A stretch of 64,000 nucleotides of DNA from the human T2T-CHM13v2.0 reference genome, Homo sapiens, in the NCBI RefSeq assembly GCF_009914755.1, contig NC_060928.1, one strand, 5' to 3'. The notes below the pieces were generated by a model. The model saw only the letters and a list, made by a program, of their open reading frames with translations. It was not told the origin of the DNA and did not search any database. Of the stretch, positions 44,948 through 62,264 are shown one piece after another. The stretch's first letter is position 1, and every line of letters begins with the position of its first letter. The translations under genes and the position numbers were made by a program.

Positions 44948-45961
44948 ATGGGGAAAAAAGCAGAGCAGAAAAGCTGAAAATTTTAAAAATCAGAGCGCTT
45001 CTCCCCCTCCAAAGGAACGCAGCTCCTTGCCAGCAACAGAACAAAGCTGGATGGAGAATGACTTTGACGAGTTGAGAGAAGAAGGCTTCAGACGATCAAA
45101 CTTCTCCGAGCTAAAGGAAGAAGTTCAAACCCATCGCAGAGAAGCTAAAAACCTTGAAAAAAGATTAGACGAATGGCTAACTAGAATAAGCAGTGTAGAG
45201 AAGTCCTTAAATGACCTGATGGAGCAGAAAACCATGGCACAAGAACTACATGACAAATGCACAAGCTTCGGTAGCTGATTCGATCAGCTGGAAGAAAGGG
45301 TATCAGTGATTGAAGATCAAATGGATGAAATGAAGCGAGAAGGAAAGTTTAGAGAAAAAAGAATAAAAAGAAACGAACGAAGCCTCCAAGAAATATGGGA
45401 CTACATGAAAAGACAAAATCTACATCTGATTGTTGTACCTGAAAGTGACAGGGAGAATGGGACCAAGACGGAAAACACTCTGCAGGATATTATCCAGGAG
45501 AACTTACCCAACCTAGCAAGGCAGGCCAACATTCAAATTCAGGAAATACAGACACACCACAAAGATACTCCTCAAGAAGAGCAACTCCAAGACACATAAT
45601 CGTAAGATTCACCAAAGTTGAAATGAAGGAAAAAATGTTAAGGGCAGCCAGAGAGAAAGGTCGGGTTACCCAGAAAGGAAAGCCCATCAGACTAACAGTG
45701 GATCTCTTGGCAGAAACTCCACAAGCCAGAAGAGAGTGAGGGCCAATATCCAACATTTTAAAGAAAAGAATTTTCAACCCAGAATTTCATATCCAGCCAA
45801 ACTAAGCTTCATAGGTGAAGGAGAAATAAAATACTTTACAGACAAGAAAATGCTGAGATTTTGTCACCACCAGGCCTGCCCTACAAGAGCTCCTGAAGGA
45901 AGCACTGAACATGGAAAGGAACAACCAGTACCAGCCACTGCAAAAACATGCCAAATTGTAA
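44948..45961 (+). pseudogene. L1 ORF1p, disrupted
   Basis: ATGGGGAAAAAA start, fragments EQSWMENDFDELREEGFRRS and LQEIWDY; +1 frameshift near the start, TGA at 45276-45278, further frameshifts. Confidence 0.92.
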
Positions 45962-46024
45962 AGACCATCGATGCTAGGAAGAAACTGCATCAACTAACGA
46001 GCAAAATAGCAAGCTAACATCATA

Positions 46025-49802
<3,778 letters not shown>

Positions 49803-51330
49803 TGTGTCCGGAATTGGTGGGTTCTTGGTCTCACTGACTTCAAGAATGAAGCCGCAGACCCTCACAGTGAGTGTTACAGTTCTTAAAGGCGGTGTGTCCG
49901 GAGTTTGTTCCTTCTGAGGTTCGGATGTGTTTGGAGTTTCTTCCTTCTGGTGGGTTCATGGTCTCGCTGGCTTCAGGAGTGAAGCTGCAGACTTTCACGG
50001 TGAGTGTTACAGTTCTTAAAGGTGGTGTGTCCGGAGTTTGTTCCTTCTGAGGTTCAGATGTGTTTGGAGTTTCTTCCTTCTGGTGGGTTCATGGTCTCGC
50101 TGGCTTCAGAAGTGAAGCTGCAGACCTTCGCGGTGAGTGTTACAGTTCTTAAAGGCGGCACATCTGGAGTTGTTTGCTCCTCCCGGTGGGTTCACGGTCT
50201 CACTGGCCTCAGGAGAGAAGCTGCAGACCTTTGCAGTGAGTGTTACAGCTCATAAAGGCAGTGTGGACCCAAAGAGTGAGCAGCAGCAAGACTTATTGCA
50301 AAGAGCAAAAGAACAAAGCTTCCACAGTGTGGAAGGGGACCTGAGCGGGTTGCCACTGCTGGCTGGGGCAGCCTGCTTTTATTCTCTTATCTGGCCCTAC
50401 CCACATCCTGCTGATTGGTCCATTTTACAGAGAGCTGATTGGTCCGTTTTGACAGGGTGCTGATTGGTGCATTCACAATCCCTGAGCTAGAGACAACAGT
50501 TCTCCACCTCCCCACTAGATTAGCTAGATACAGAGTGTGGACACAAAAGTTCTCCACGTCCCCATTAGCTAGATACAGAGTGTTGATTGGTGCATTCACA
50601 AACCCTGAGCTAGACACAGGGTGCTGATTGGTGTGTTTATAAACCTTGAACTAGATACAGAGTACCAATTGGTGTATTTACAATCCCTTAGCTAGACATA
50701 AAGGTTCTCCAAGTCCCCACCAGACTCAGGAGCCCAGCTGGCTTCACCCAGTGGATCCTACACTGGGGTCACAGGTGGAGCTGCCTGCCAGTCCCGCGCT
50801 GTGTGCCCACACTCCTCAGCCCTTGGGTGGTCGATGGGACCAGGCACCATGGAGCAGGGGGAGGCACTCCTCCTGAGAGGCTCGGGCTGCACAGGAGCCC
50901 ACGGCAATGGGGAGGCTCAGGCACGGTGGGCTGCAGGTCCCGTGCCCTCCCCTACAGGGAGGTAGCTAAGGCCCTGTGAGAAATTGAGCACAGCAGCTGC
51001 TGGCCCAGGTGCTAAGTCCCTCACTGCCCAGGGTTTGCGGGCTGGCCGGCTGCTTCAAGTGAGGGGCCCACCTAGCCCACGCCCACCTGGAACTCACGCT
51101 GGCCCGCAAGCGCCGCAGGCAGCCCCGGTTCCCGCCTGGCCCTCTCCCTCCACACCTCCTGGCAAGCTGAGGGAGCCGGCTCCGGCCTTGTCCAGCCCAG
51201 AAGGGGGCTCCCACAGTGCAGCAGTGGGCTGAAAGGCTCCTCAAGCATGGCCAGAGCGGGCGCCAAGGGCCGAGGAGGCATCAAGATGGAGCGAAGGCTG
51301 CGAGGGCTGCCAGCACACTGTCACCTCTCA
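49803..51330 (-). mobile_element. LTR12-family (ERV9; LTR12C/D-like) solo LTR nested in the L1
   Basis: Minus strand starts TGAGAGGTGACAGTGTGCTGGCAGCCCTCGC and ends CCACCAATTCCGGACACA; repeated CCAAT and TATCTAGCT motifs; L1 sequence aaactat|cgcaagg is split with a short (about 4 bp, ctat/ttat) duplication. Confidence 0.93.
50350..50700 (-). promoter_or_regulatory. LTR12 U3 enhancer/promoter: CCAAT (NF-Y) and GATA-type repeats, TATA-like GAATAAAAG at about 50376-50384
   Basis: Seven attgg motifs on + between 50414 and 50672 (CCAAT on minus) plus agatac repeats; activity not demonstrable from sequence. Confidence 0.6.
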
Positions 51331-52127
51331 TTATCGCAAGGACAAAAAGCCAAACACTGCATGTTCTCACTCATAGGTGGGAACTGAAAAATGAGAACAC
51401 TTGGACACAGGGTGGGGAACATCACACACCAGGGCCTGTCGTGGGGTGAGGGGAGGGGGGAGGGATAGCATTAGGAGATATACCTAATGTAAATGACAAG
51501 TCAATGGGTGCAGCACAACAACATGGCCCATGTATACCTATGTAACAAACCTGCACGTTGTGCACATGTTCCCTAGAACTTAAAGTATAATAAAAAAATA
51601 CTTTTAAAAAAGACAAAAAAATGCTTAATAAAAAGATCATATTTAAAGTGAAAATGACAAGTAATACTATTTAATTATGCCAAATGCTAAATAAAGTATA
51701 TTTTTATGAGATTTTATAAAATTTACAGTGTACCAAATTAATTTGGAGGGTAATATTTTAAAATTTGAACTCCCAAATTATTTTCAAGAAGAATCATAAT
51801 ATACCTTATCATTATAGGAGATAATAAATAGTAATTTAAGATACTAGACTATAGTATAATTTGGCATTGTCATATAGCATCATCTACTGGCAAGGTGAAA
51901 TACTGCAACCTAACTCTATTAGACATTAGACATTCTCAACTATAGGAAAAGTTCCAATTGGAGTCAATAAAAGTTGACTATGGATTCGGAAAGGCTGAAT
52001 AGTGAAGGACTATGGCTGAAATGGAGGAAGGGCTGCATTGAGCTAGCAACTTATTAACATTCTGCAAAGACCACTCAGGAGGCATGAGTTATAGTTTCTG
52101 TATTCCATTACCATCACATAGGAGTGT

Positions 52128-52402
52128 CTGATGCCTGATGATCTGTCACTGTCTCCCATCACCCCCCAGATGGGACTGTCTAGCTACAAGAGAACAGGCT
52201 CAGGGCTCTCACTGATTCTATATTATGGTGAGTTTTATAATTATTTCATTATACATTTTAATGTAATAATAATAGAAATAAAGTACACAATAAATGTAAT
52301 GTGCTTGAATCATCCTAAAACCTCCTCCCCCACCCCCTGGTCCTTGGAAAACTTGTCTTCCAGGAAAACGGTCCCTAGTACCAAGAAGGTTGGGAACCAT
52401 TG
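52128..52402 (+). mobile_element. MER1A 3' half
   Basis: Closely matches 35485-35758 in this window; ends ggttgggaaccattg. Confidence 0.88.
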
Positions 52403-52668
52403 CTCTATTTGGTAAAATAGCTTAAATTTCAACCTCTAAGATTTAAATGGGTCAGAAAAATAAATCATAGAATTATAAAAGAGGATGCTTAGAAGAGATC
52501 TATTCCAGTAGACTTAATTGTTTTCTCTCTGCAGAAGATGAACTGCTTCAGCCATAAGGGTTCTGCTTCAGAAGCCATAAGGGTGAGGGGGAAGGAGGAA
52601 AAAAGACCTATAAAAGGGTCCTCTGGATTGGCATTCTGCATAAAATTTTTCCTTTAAAAGTAATCTCA

Positions 52669-52767
52669 GTGCTCATTTTAGCAGCACCGAAATTGGAATG
52701 TAACAAAGAAGATTAGCATGGCCTCTGCACAAGGAGGACACACAAATTCATAAAGCATTCCATATCT
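52669..52767 (+). pseudogene. U6 snRNA retro-pseudogene
   Basis: gtgctcattttagcagcac...aaattggaa...agaagattagcatggcctctgcacaaggaggacacacaaattcataaagcattccatat aligns to U6; ACAGAGA box mutated to ACAAAGA; small internal deletion. Confidence 0.92.
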
Positions 52768-53473
52768 CTAAACAATCTAATAAGACTGCCACTTGAAAAC
52801 TGAAAACCAAAAAAAAAAAGTAGTTTCATGGTACATAGAGAACAAACAAACAAGAGAATACTGATCAATTCAGTGTCCCATTTTATAAATGGGAGAAGAA
52901 AGGCCTAATGTTACATGGAAGGTTAGTGATAGAAAAAGAAACCCACTACCCTGATTCCTGGTCTGGTGCTTGTCCTATTATTTCTCCTTAAGTATCAAAA
53001 TCACTAAACATACAAGATATAACCTCAGACATATCAACACAATAATTTAGCTGCCTCACATGTTATAAGTTAAACCCACAGCACATGGTTGGAGCTACTG
53101 GATTAAAAATCATATAAATTTTAAGTCCTGTCAAATTACTTTGTAATACATCTATATATAAACAGAAACAAAAATTCATTTTACAAACCATAACAAAAGT
53201 AAAATTTTATTTTCACGAATACCATCTCCTTCTCTTTTGTAAAGAAAATATCTCATGCTCATAGCTATGCTAAAAGAAACAATATGTGAAATTAACAATG
53301 ATCATTTACATCTTTGTTATAATAATAAAATATAGTATGAATATATTGGACCTTGTCATAACAAGAGCAAAAATTAAAACTCCATTAATTCTATTTTATT
53401 ACAAATTATATTAAATAGTTGCTAATGTTGTTAGAGTTAATAATTGCCATTGATTTTTCAGATTATCTTTTCA

Positions 53474-53746
<273 letters not shown>

Positions 53747-53931
53747 TTAGAATTCTAAACAATTCAGTGTTGTAGATATATTCATTAAACTTAAAGAGTA
53801 AGTTATATTTTAAATCTTTTTAATTATTTTTAATTAGAGAAAAGACATACAAATTAATTAACATGTATATAGGGGAGCCTTCAGAATAAAGACCCAAGCT
53901 CCCAAGAGAATGCAGAAGCTTATATACCTTT

Positions 53932-54918
53932 TCATAATTTTTATTATTATGGGTACATAATAGGTGTTATGTATTTTTCGGGTACATGTGATGTTTCAAT
54001 ATAGGCATGCAATGTGTAATAATCACATCAGGGTAATTGGGGTACCTATCACCTCAAGCATCTATCATTTGTGTTAGAAACATTCCAATTCTATTCTTTT
54101 ATTTTTAAATATACAATAAGTTATGTTGACTATAGTCACCCTGTTGTGCTATCAAATAATAGATCGTATTCATTATAACTATATTTTTACACCTATTAAC
54201 TATCCCATTTTATTCACCCCCTCCCCGCTACCCTTCCCAGCCTCTGGTAACCATCATTCTATTCTCTATCTTCATGAGTTTAATAGTTTTAATTTTAGCT
54301 TCCATATATAAGTGAGCACATGTGAAATTTGTGCAGCTGTGCCTGGCTTACTTCACTTAAGAAAATTACCTTTACCCATTCTCTCATTGATGGACACTTA
54401 GGTTGATTCCAAATATTGGCTATTGTGAATAGTGCTGCAATAAACATGGGAGTGCAGATATCTCTTCAATATACTGATTTCCTTTCACTGGGGTATATAT
54501 CTACAGTGGAATTGCTAGCTCTATCTTCAGTCTTTTGAGTAACCACCATACCATTACCCAAAGAGGCTGTACTAATTTGCATTCCCACCAACAGTGTACA
54601 AGCATTCCCCTTTCTCCACATCCTCTCCAGCATTCGTTATTCCGTCTTTTGGATAGAAGCCATTTTAACTAGGGTGAGATGATATCTCACTGTAGTTTTG
54701 ATTTGCATTTTTTTCTGATGATTAATTTTGCTGAACATTTTTTCATATACCTGTTGGCCATTTGTCTTCTTTTGAAAAATGTCTATTCAGATATTTTCTT
54801 CATGTTTTCATTAGATTATTTGATTTTTTTCCTATTGAGTTGTTTGAGCACTTTATATATTCTGGTTATTAATCACTTGTCAGATGGGTAGTTTGCAAAT
54901 ATTTTCTCCCATTCTGTG
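53932..54918 (-). mobile_element. L1MA (L1MA2-4-like), 5'-truncated
   Basis: gggtacataatagg...gcaatgtgtaataatcacatcaggg; gatggacacttaggttgattcc; attttctcccattctgt. Confidence 0.85.
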
Positions 54919-57900
54919 TAAATGCTTTCTTTTTAAATTTGAGACATCTTCACAGCTTCATATACCACCTTTCTCATATATAAAACAGGCCTTTCACTTT
55001 TCCATGTACTAATACTGTATAGTATTAAAAGAGAAAGTGATATATCCACAAGGAATTCAAAGCAAAATTAAAATTAACCAAATGTGTTTGTAAAAGAAAA
55101 AACTAAATTTATTAATTCATAAAGTGATTGTGTTAATTCTTTTACATTTCAACAGAATATTTTATTTAATCAGCTGGGTTTTTTAAGATAGAATTTATAG
55201 ATTATTCTTTCCAGCACTAGAGTTTTATAAAATCTTTAAGTATATGCTTATCAAGTTAACATTAAGAAATAAAGTACAATAAAACAATATATTGGCAATT
55301 CATACTATTACTCAAAGCCAGATTCTGTCTTCTTATGTAGTGATTATGTTTACAGTAGCTCATTTCATATTTCAAATTTCACAGTTGTTATAGAAATGAA
55401 GAGGCAATCAAACATTATTAAATGTGATATAATAATATCAAATGCACCACAATGAATAACCATAAAATATGTTTTCAACTTTTAATTGGTTTATTTCAAA
55501 TATACAAAAAGTAAGCATATAGTATAATGAATCACCATCTATCCATCACCTGGCCCCAACAATGACTCACCATGACCATTCCTGCCTCAACCTCAATCCC
55601 ATCCACTCTCCCACTTCTCTATATTTTGAAGCAAATCTAAAACAAGTAAAATCAATATTACAAAATGATTTCGTTTTATTATAGGACTGCATTTATGAAA
55701 GAAATATACTTTCAAATGGCAAATATGAATTTTTGTCTTATTATTCAAGATGCCTATTCCATTTAATGCACTGTTTTTAGCAGGCTAAATATGATAGCCA
55801 AGAAAATGCTTCTCAGTGATTGAAAAGTAACATGGCTACTAAAGGAGAAAATTCTCCCAGGCAAAATGAATATCTGATAGCATATATTTGGTCATCAATT
55901 TCCTAAACATATCATACCTGAGGCACCATTCAGAAAGAATATTCCCTCTTTTCCAGGTCCTACTAGTTGGGATGGTCCATCTTCCACCAATAATCCTTTA
56001 TTGCCCTGTCCTAGCCCTCATAGCAACTACTCCTTGATACTAGGCCCTACTCCTTCCCACTGGATGGGTCCGAGGAGGAGAGAGGAGAGAAAGAAACAGA
56101 TTTCTCCACCCACCACTCTCACTTTACCCCTGCACTCCTGCCACAACTCTGCCTGCAGGTATCAAAGGGTATACATCAAACCCTCATCCCCAATCTTCAG
56201 TCTTCTCTCTCCTTTTCATGGCTTCTCCTCTTTTTCACCCTAGAAGAATCCTAGCTCCTCTGAGAAGACACACAGGAAAAATGTATGACTATTCATCTGA
56301 GAATGTAGATAAATGTTATCTCCCATTAATGCAAAGTCTCTTTGTCAGCAACCATGGAATCTAAGCAAAAGGGAAAGATGGGAAGTGACGGAGGAGCTTA
56401 GCCCCTTCACTCTGTTCCCTCTTAAGTAACTGTGAGGAGCCTCACCACTCTACCAGCTCCCCTAGGCTCATGGATAACAGCACCTGCAAAGCCATAACTA
56501 GATGTTATACTGTCTTAACTTTCCTATTTAGGTAAATCTGATATTTGACTTTCAGATTTAAACTTTCAAAAACATTTAGGAACACATTACTTATACCAGT
56601 AGGCCATGTGAGGAAATTAATACAACTGTACTGAATACACAATCACTTAAGTACTCAACTTTCAACACGCTGTGAGCTAAGTATGCTTCTAGGAGCTGGT
56701 CTGAGAACCTACCTACCCATGTTATGGTTGCTATGGAAAAATGTGATCCATATTGAAAAATTCAGCTTCTCTCTAATCATCATCCTCAATTCATATCACC
56801 TTAACAAAAAAACATTTGCCATCAAAGATCTCTTTCTTTGAGTGCCTTTGCCTTTCTATAATAAAGGATTCTACAACCATGTATATGAGAGCTGCTTTGC
56901 TTGCTATCTCCAATAGGGAATATTCTTTCCTCCAATGCCTGTGCAGCCCATGGAGGAAAGGGGAGAAGCAAGAGACATACTGTGAATGAGAGAATGACAT
57001 CATGTACCAACCCCAGCAAAACATATGGCATAGTAACCGTTAGCTAAAATACAGCAAGATTTTACACTTTATATGGTCCACAAATTAAAAAATATATATA
57101 AAACAAGATTTCCTTTTATGAATTATTTCCTACAAAATCACCATAAATTTCCAGAATTAATAATATTACAATATGCAAGGCCAACTACAAGAAGCCTCAA
57201 AGACATTGTGCTTATAGCACAGCCTGAAGACAACATGCCCAGTAATAAGAATGCAAGTCTCCAGAGTTTCGTATGCATCTGGTTTTTTACTTAGTTCAGC
57301 AAACTTAAGCTTTAAAACTGACATGAAAGTTCTATTACAATATATTGCAGACATAGATGAAGAAAATTAAGAATAGCATTTTAACTAGAACAGCATTGAA
57401 AATCAAAAAACTACGAAGGCAAGTCTATCAAAAAGTTATGCTTGCCTTTTGCAATCATAGGGAAGACCCCAGTATACTGAATTCAGAAAAAAATCCATCT
57501 TCCCTAAGTCAGCTGTGTATTCTTCAAAAGGAAAGAAAGAAACCAGAACACTGTAAAAGCCTAGTGAAGGGCACCAAGCTGGAGGTGCATTTCACAAGGC
57601 CCTACTTCCACCACACAGAGCTTTCACCATAGGTTGCACTTAATATGCAGCCCAAACCAATGATGCAAAGTCGCAGCTAGCAGTTGTTCACGCTAGCCTC
57701 TATAACTGTATTATTATTAAAGTGAATACTTTTTGGACAATGAACAAATACAGGATACAGATGCTGGGTGCAGATTATCATCTTCTCCTGAATATAAGAA
57801 TAAACAACTGAAGGGAGAAAAGAAATCCACTTTCCCCCACATCCAGAGACACATAGCCACCCATTTCCCAGAAGTCAAGGGCAAAAATAAACACATGAAC

Positions 57901-58500
57901 AAAGAATATGAAGAGAAGAACACACAGGGTTTCATAAATCTCAACCTCCTTTAAGGAGGAAGTCTTTGGAGGTAAAAAGACAAGAAGTAAAAAGTTAACT
58001 GAGACAATACAGCCATCTGTTCAACTCACTGCAATAGATTTAATCCCTAAGCCAAAATATATTTACTGACAGTATACCATGTGCTAAGCAGATAAACCCA
58101 AAAGACAGTCAAATTTTATATTTGTTTTATTGTTTAGCTAGCTATCAGATGGAATTCAAATAATATTTGTTTTGTTAATCCATACATATTCAATTCCAAT
58201 GTCAAAATGTGTTAGCAATTTTCTCTAACTTAGGAGAACTGTATTTTCACAAGTTGGATTTTTACTGTAAAAATAATAAGGCAGAAGGACATCACTTAAT
58301 AATGATAAATTTTAACAATTTATAAAAGAAATATCACATGCCAAAACATTTAAAATTGTTACTTAAAAATATTAATTCTTAATGCATCTGACCACCCAAA
58401 CATAACTAGACTTTAACTAAGGCTTACAGTTATAATTAATTCAGGAATGGGAAAAAGAACAAATGCTGCTAAATTCAACCTGAGAAAGAAATAGTGTTCA

Positions 58501-58839
<339 letters not shown>

Positions 58840-59021
58840 TCAGCAAGATTTTGTAATACATGCTCCCTAGTAGAGTTTCGGGGTCATTCCATGCATTACC
58901 TATGCAGGTAAGAAGAAAAGCATTTAAATTCTGTAGGTATGTGAAACTGAATTACTAAGAAGCATGAAAGTATGCATGCAAAAAATGACCCACAATTATA
59001 TAACAGCCATTTCATAACTCA

Positions 59022-59174
<153 letters not shown>

Positions 59175-60427
59175 CTAAGACAAAAATGAAACTACACTAA
59201 CTCTGAATAAAGTCATGTTCGTGATCCCTTTTTTCATTGTCTTTTGCCTTTTTAAATTTTTAGCAGTACCTTAACTATAAGCTCTTGCTCAGCAGTGTCT
59301 TTTGTATAAATATATAATACTAAATGCAATAAAAGCTAACCAGAATGCAACTTAACATCTATTTATTTAAAAGCATATAGTCCTTGCTTGTTTTTTAAGG
59401 AAGTACAATAGAATTTCTAAATATGTAGTATCCTGCTATTATAAAAGTTTTGATATTCTGAACATTTATTAAGTTTTAAGCACAATTTTCATCTCAATTT
59501 TTATAAGCAAAAGTTGATGCATATAATAATATTCATACAGTCTTAGTATGAAATGTAGCATATTTCAGAATTTTAGTTCAATGAAACACAAAAATGTAAA
59601 AATGTAACATTAAAGCCTATGTTAAAGATTTCTTGCTCATAAGTAAGGTAACATTCTGTTAAAATGAGAAGCTAAGGTTGGAGAAAGAAAGTAAATGGCA
59701 GGATGGGAGCACATAAGAGAAGAGATATGTTGATGAGATGGGACAATTTACATTACTTTCATATTGGAAGTAATTGGCTTCAACACAATGAGAGTCTACA
59801 GTTGCATCCAATATGTAAATATGCTTTTAAATTACTTAAATTCAATTATCTGATTAAAATTACAAACTTTAATGAGTAAAAAAATAAAACTTTACAAATG
59901 CATATACCTACTTTCTCACTTTTAACAATTTCTGATCCTGTAAAATATTTAAATAAAGATAATTTTATGTTGTTAATATAAATTGTTAAAATAAAAAAGG
60001 GTACAGAGCTATGTGTGGGATCATCTAATTAATCATATTGTTATATCTGGGACCTATGCATCTTTAAATTATTCCTCCAAAGTTGCTCTCAAATAAACAG
60101 TGCTTCCCAAAATGTCCAGGAATTCTTTATACTTTGAACTCCCCATTTCTTAAACTTTTTTTTAAACAGATTCCAGAAGGAATATAAAACGTAGACAACT
60201 AAAAGTCTGTTACCTCAAAGGAGTAACTAAAGTAGGCATATCTGAATTTCAGATTAAACCAGTAAGCTTGATACATAATGGCAAATTAATAAATGGACAA
60301 AAACTAATTACCATAAACAGTGTTTATGTGTTAAAATCCATAATTTGAATATTTTAATAATCAACATACTATACTAAGAAAAGATGAGTTAATGACAATA
60401 CCAATGTAAAATGCTTAATCTCTCATT

Positions 60428-60472
60428 CACACACAAAACATGCGCGTGCGCGCGTGCACACACACACACACA
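60428..60472. repeat. (CA)n/(CG)n alternating purine-pyrimidine tract
   Basis: cacacac...catgcgcgtgcgcgcgtgcacacacacacacaca. Confidence 0.9.
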
Positions 60473-60542
60473 GGTTAAAAACTATGAGTTAAGCTGAATG
60501 GAATAAACTGTGTTAGCTTATAATTTTAAAGATATTTCTTTA

Positions 60543-60800
<258 letters not shown>

Positions 60801-61638
60801 TTAAATTAATTAATTAATTGTGCTTAATGATACCATATGAATAAATTCTTATTATCACTATAAATATTAATAGTATTTGGCCACAAAAAAATAATAGCAA
60901 GTGTTACTAGAGAGAAATACATTATTTTCAAAATCACTTGTATTTCACCAAATTAATACAAAGTCAAATTCCTTATTTAATTCATCCTATAATGTTAACT
61001 TTTCAGATCAAAATGTTAAATTAGAAAACAAAAGCTATTCCTGAAATTGGTCATTTTTAGCTCATTTTTACCTTCACAAGGAGAAAAATCCAACTGATGC
61101 AAACTATATTGAATTACCAAGGAGAATCTCACATACATGTGAAAAAAGACCAAGGTCATAAAAACAGTGCTGATTAAGCTAGTAGAGTGAATTATGCTAC
61201 ACGGTCCCATATAGACTGGTGCAGGTCTGACCAAATTTCTCAGCGTGCTATTTAAATTACACATTTGTTTCTGATTATAAAATAAAATTAGACTTAGAAA
61301 ATGCAGAAAATAAAAAACACCAATAATCCCATCAGGAAGAGACAACTGTCATAATATTACTGGCAAGCCTGACTTGCCTTTAGTGCATACATATTTTATG
61401 CGCAGTCTAAGAAGAGGTAAATTTGGGATCATACTTTATATACAATTTTATATGTTTTCCCATTTAACATCTTCTCAAGTCAAATGTTGGCATATTTTTA
61501 AACTTAAAGTACCACAATTTATTTAACCAAACTCTTCATTGTTAGACATTTGGGTGGCTTGTTTCTTTTGCTGTTTGTTTTTATTTTGTTTCTTTGCTTT
61601 TCTAAATAAAACTAAGAATTCTAAAATAAAAATAGCCA

Positions 61639-61748
61639 TGGCACATGGCACATGGCACATGTATACATATGTAACAAACCTGCACATTGTGCACATGTAC
61701 CCTAAAACTTAAAGTATAATAATAATAAAATAAAATTTTAAAAAAACC
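61639..61748 (+). mobile_element. Very short 5'-truncated L1PA 3' end
   Basis: ggcacatgtatacatatgtaacaaacctgcacattgtgcacatgtaccctaaaacttaaagtataat plus A-rich tail; TSD aaaatagcca at 61629-61638 and 61749-61758. Confidence 0.9.
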
Positions 61749-62264
61749 AAAATAGCCACAATGCAAGTGCTTGGTTCATGTGTTTAAAAAATTCTGTTTA
61801 AGTTTCTGTTGATTCTTTTTACAAAGATAATGAAAACTGGTATTTTAATAACTAAAGCAGAAATCAGGGCAGTAATAGGTAAGTAGATTACTTATTTTTA
61901 AATTAAAATAATGGATAAAATAACTTGCCCTGGGGACAACAGGGAAAAAATAAAATACAAAAACAAAGAAAACACAGAATAACACAGAAATAATTCCCAT
62001 CACCCAAAATATGATATTCCAAATAGCATAATGCATATAAGCCTGTCCTTATCTTCCCCTTAAATAATTCAACTAAAATAAAGAAACAGAAGCATAAGCT
62101 GGCAATGGTGACAGAATGTTCACACTTTCTCAGCCAATAACATGCAGTTAGAACAGAAAAAGTACAGGAAAAGCATACTACCACTTTGACTAATGAAACC
62201 AGTATCACTTCTGAAGTGGCTTTGCTACACAAAATGGAAAAGTACTGTATAGTAAGTATCAGCC

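Noticed and set aside
49867-50700. Regularly spaced repeats resembling a CRISPR array
   Set aside because: Internal U3/U5 repeats of an LTR12 in primate DNA; no unique spacers and no cas genes
52669-52767. Functional U6 snRNA gene
   Set aside because: Mutated ACAGAGA box, internal deletion, CpG decay, A tail and TSD, and no evident upstream PSE/TATA
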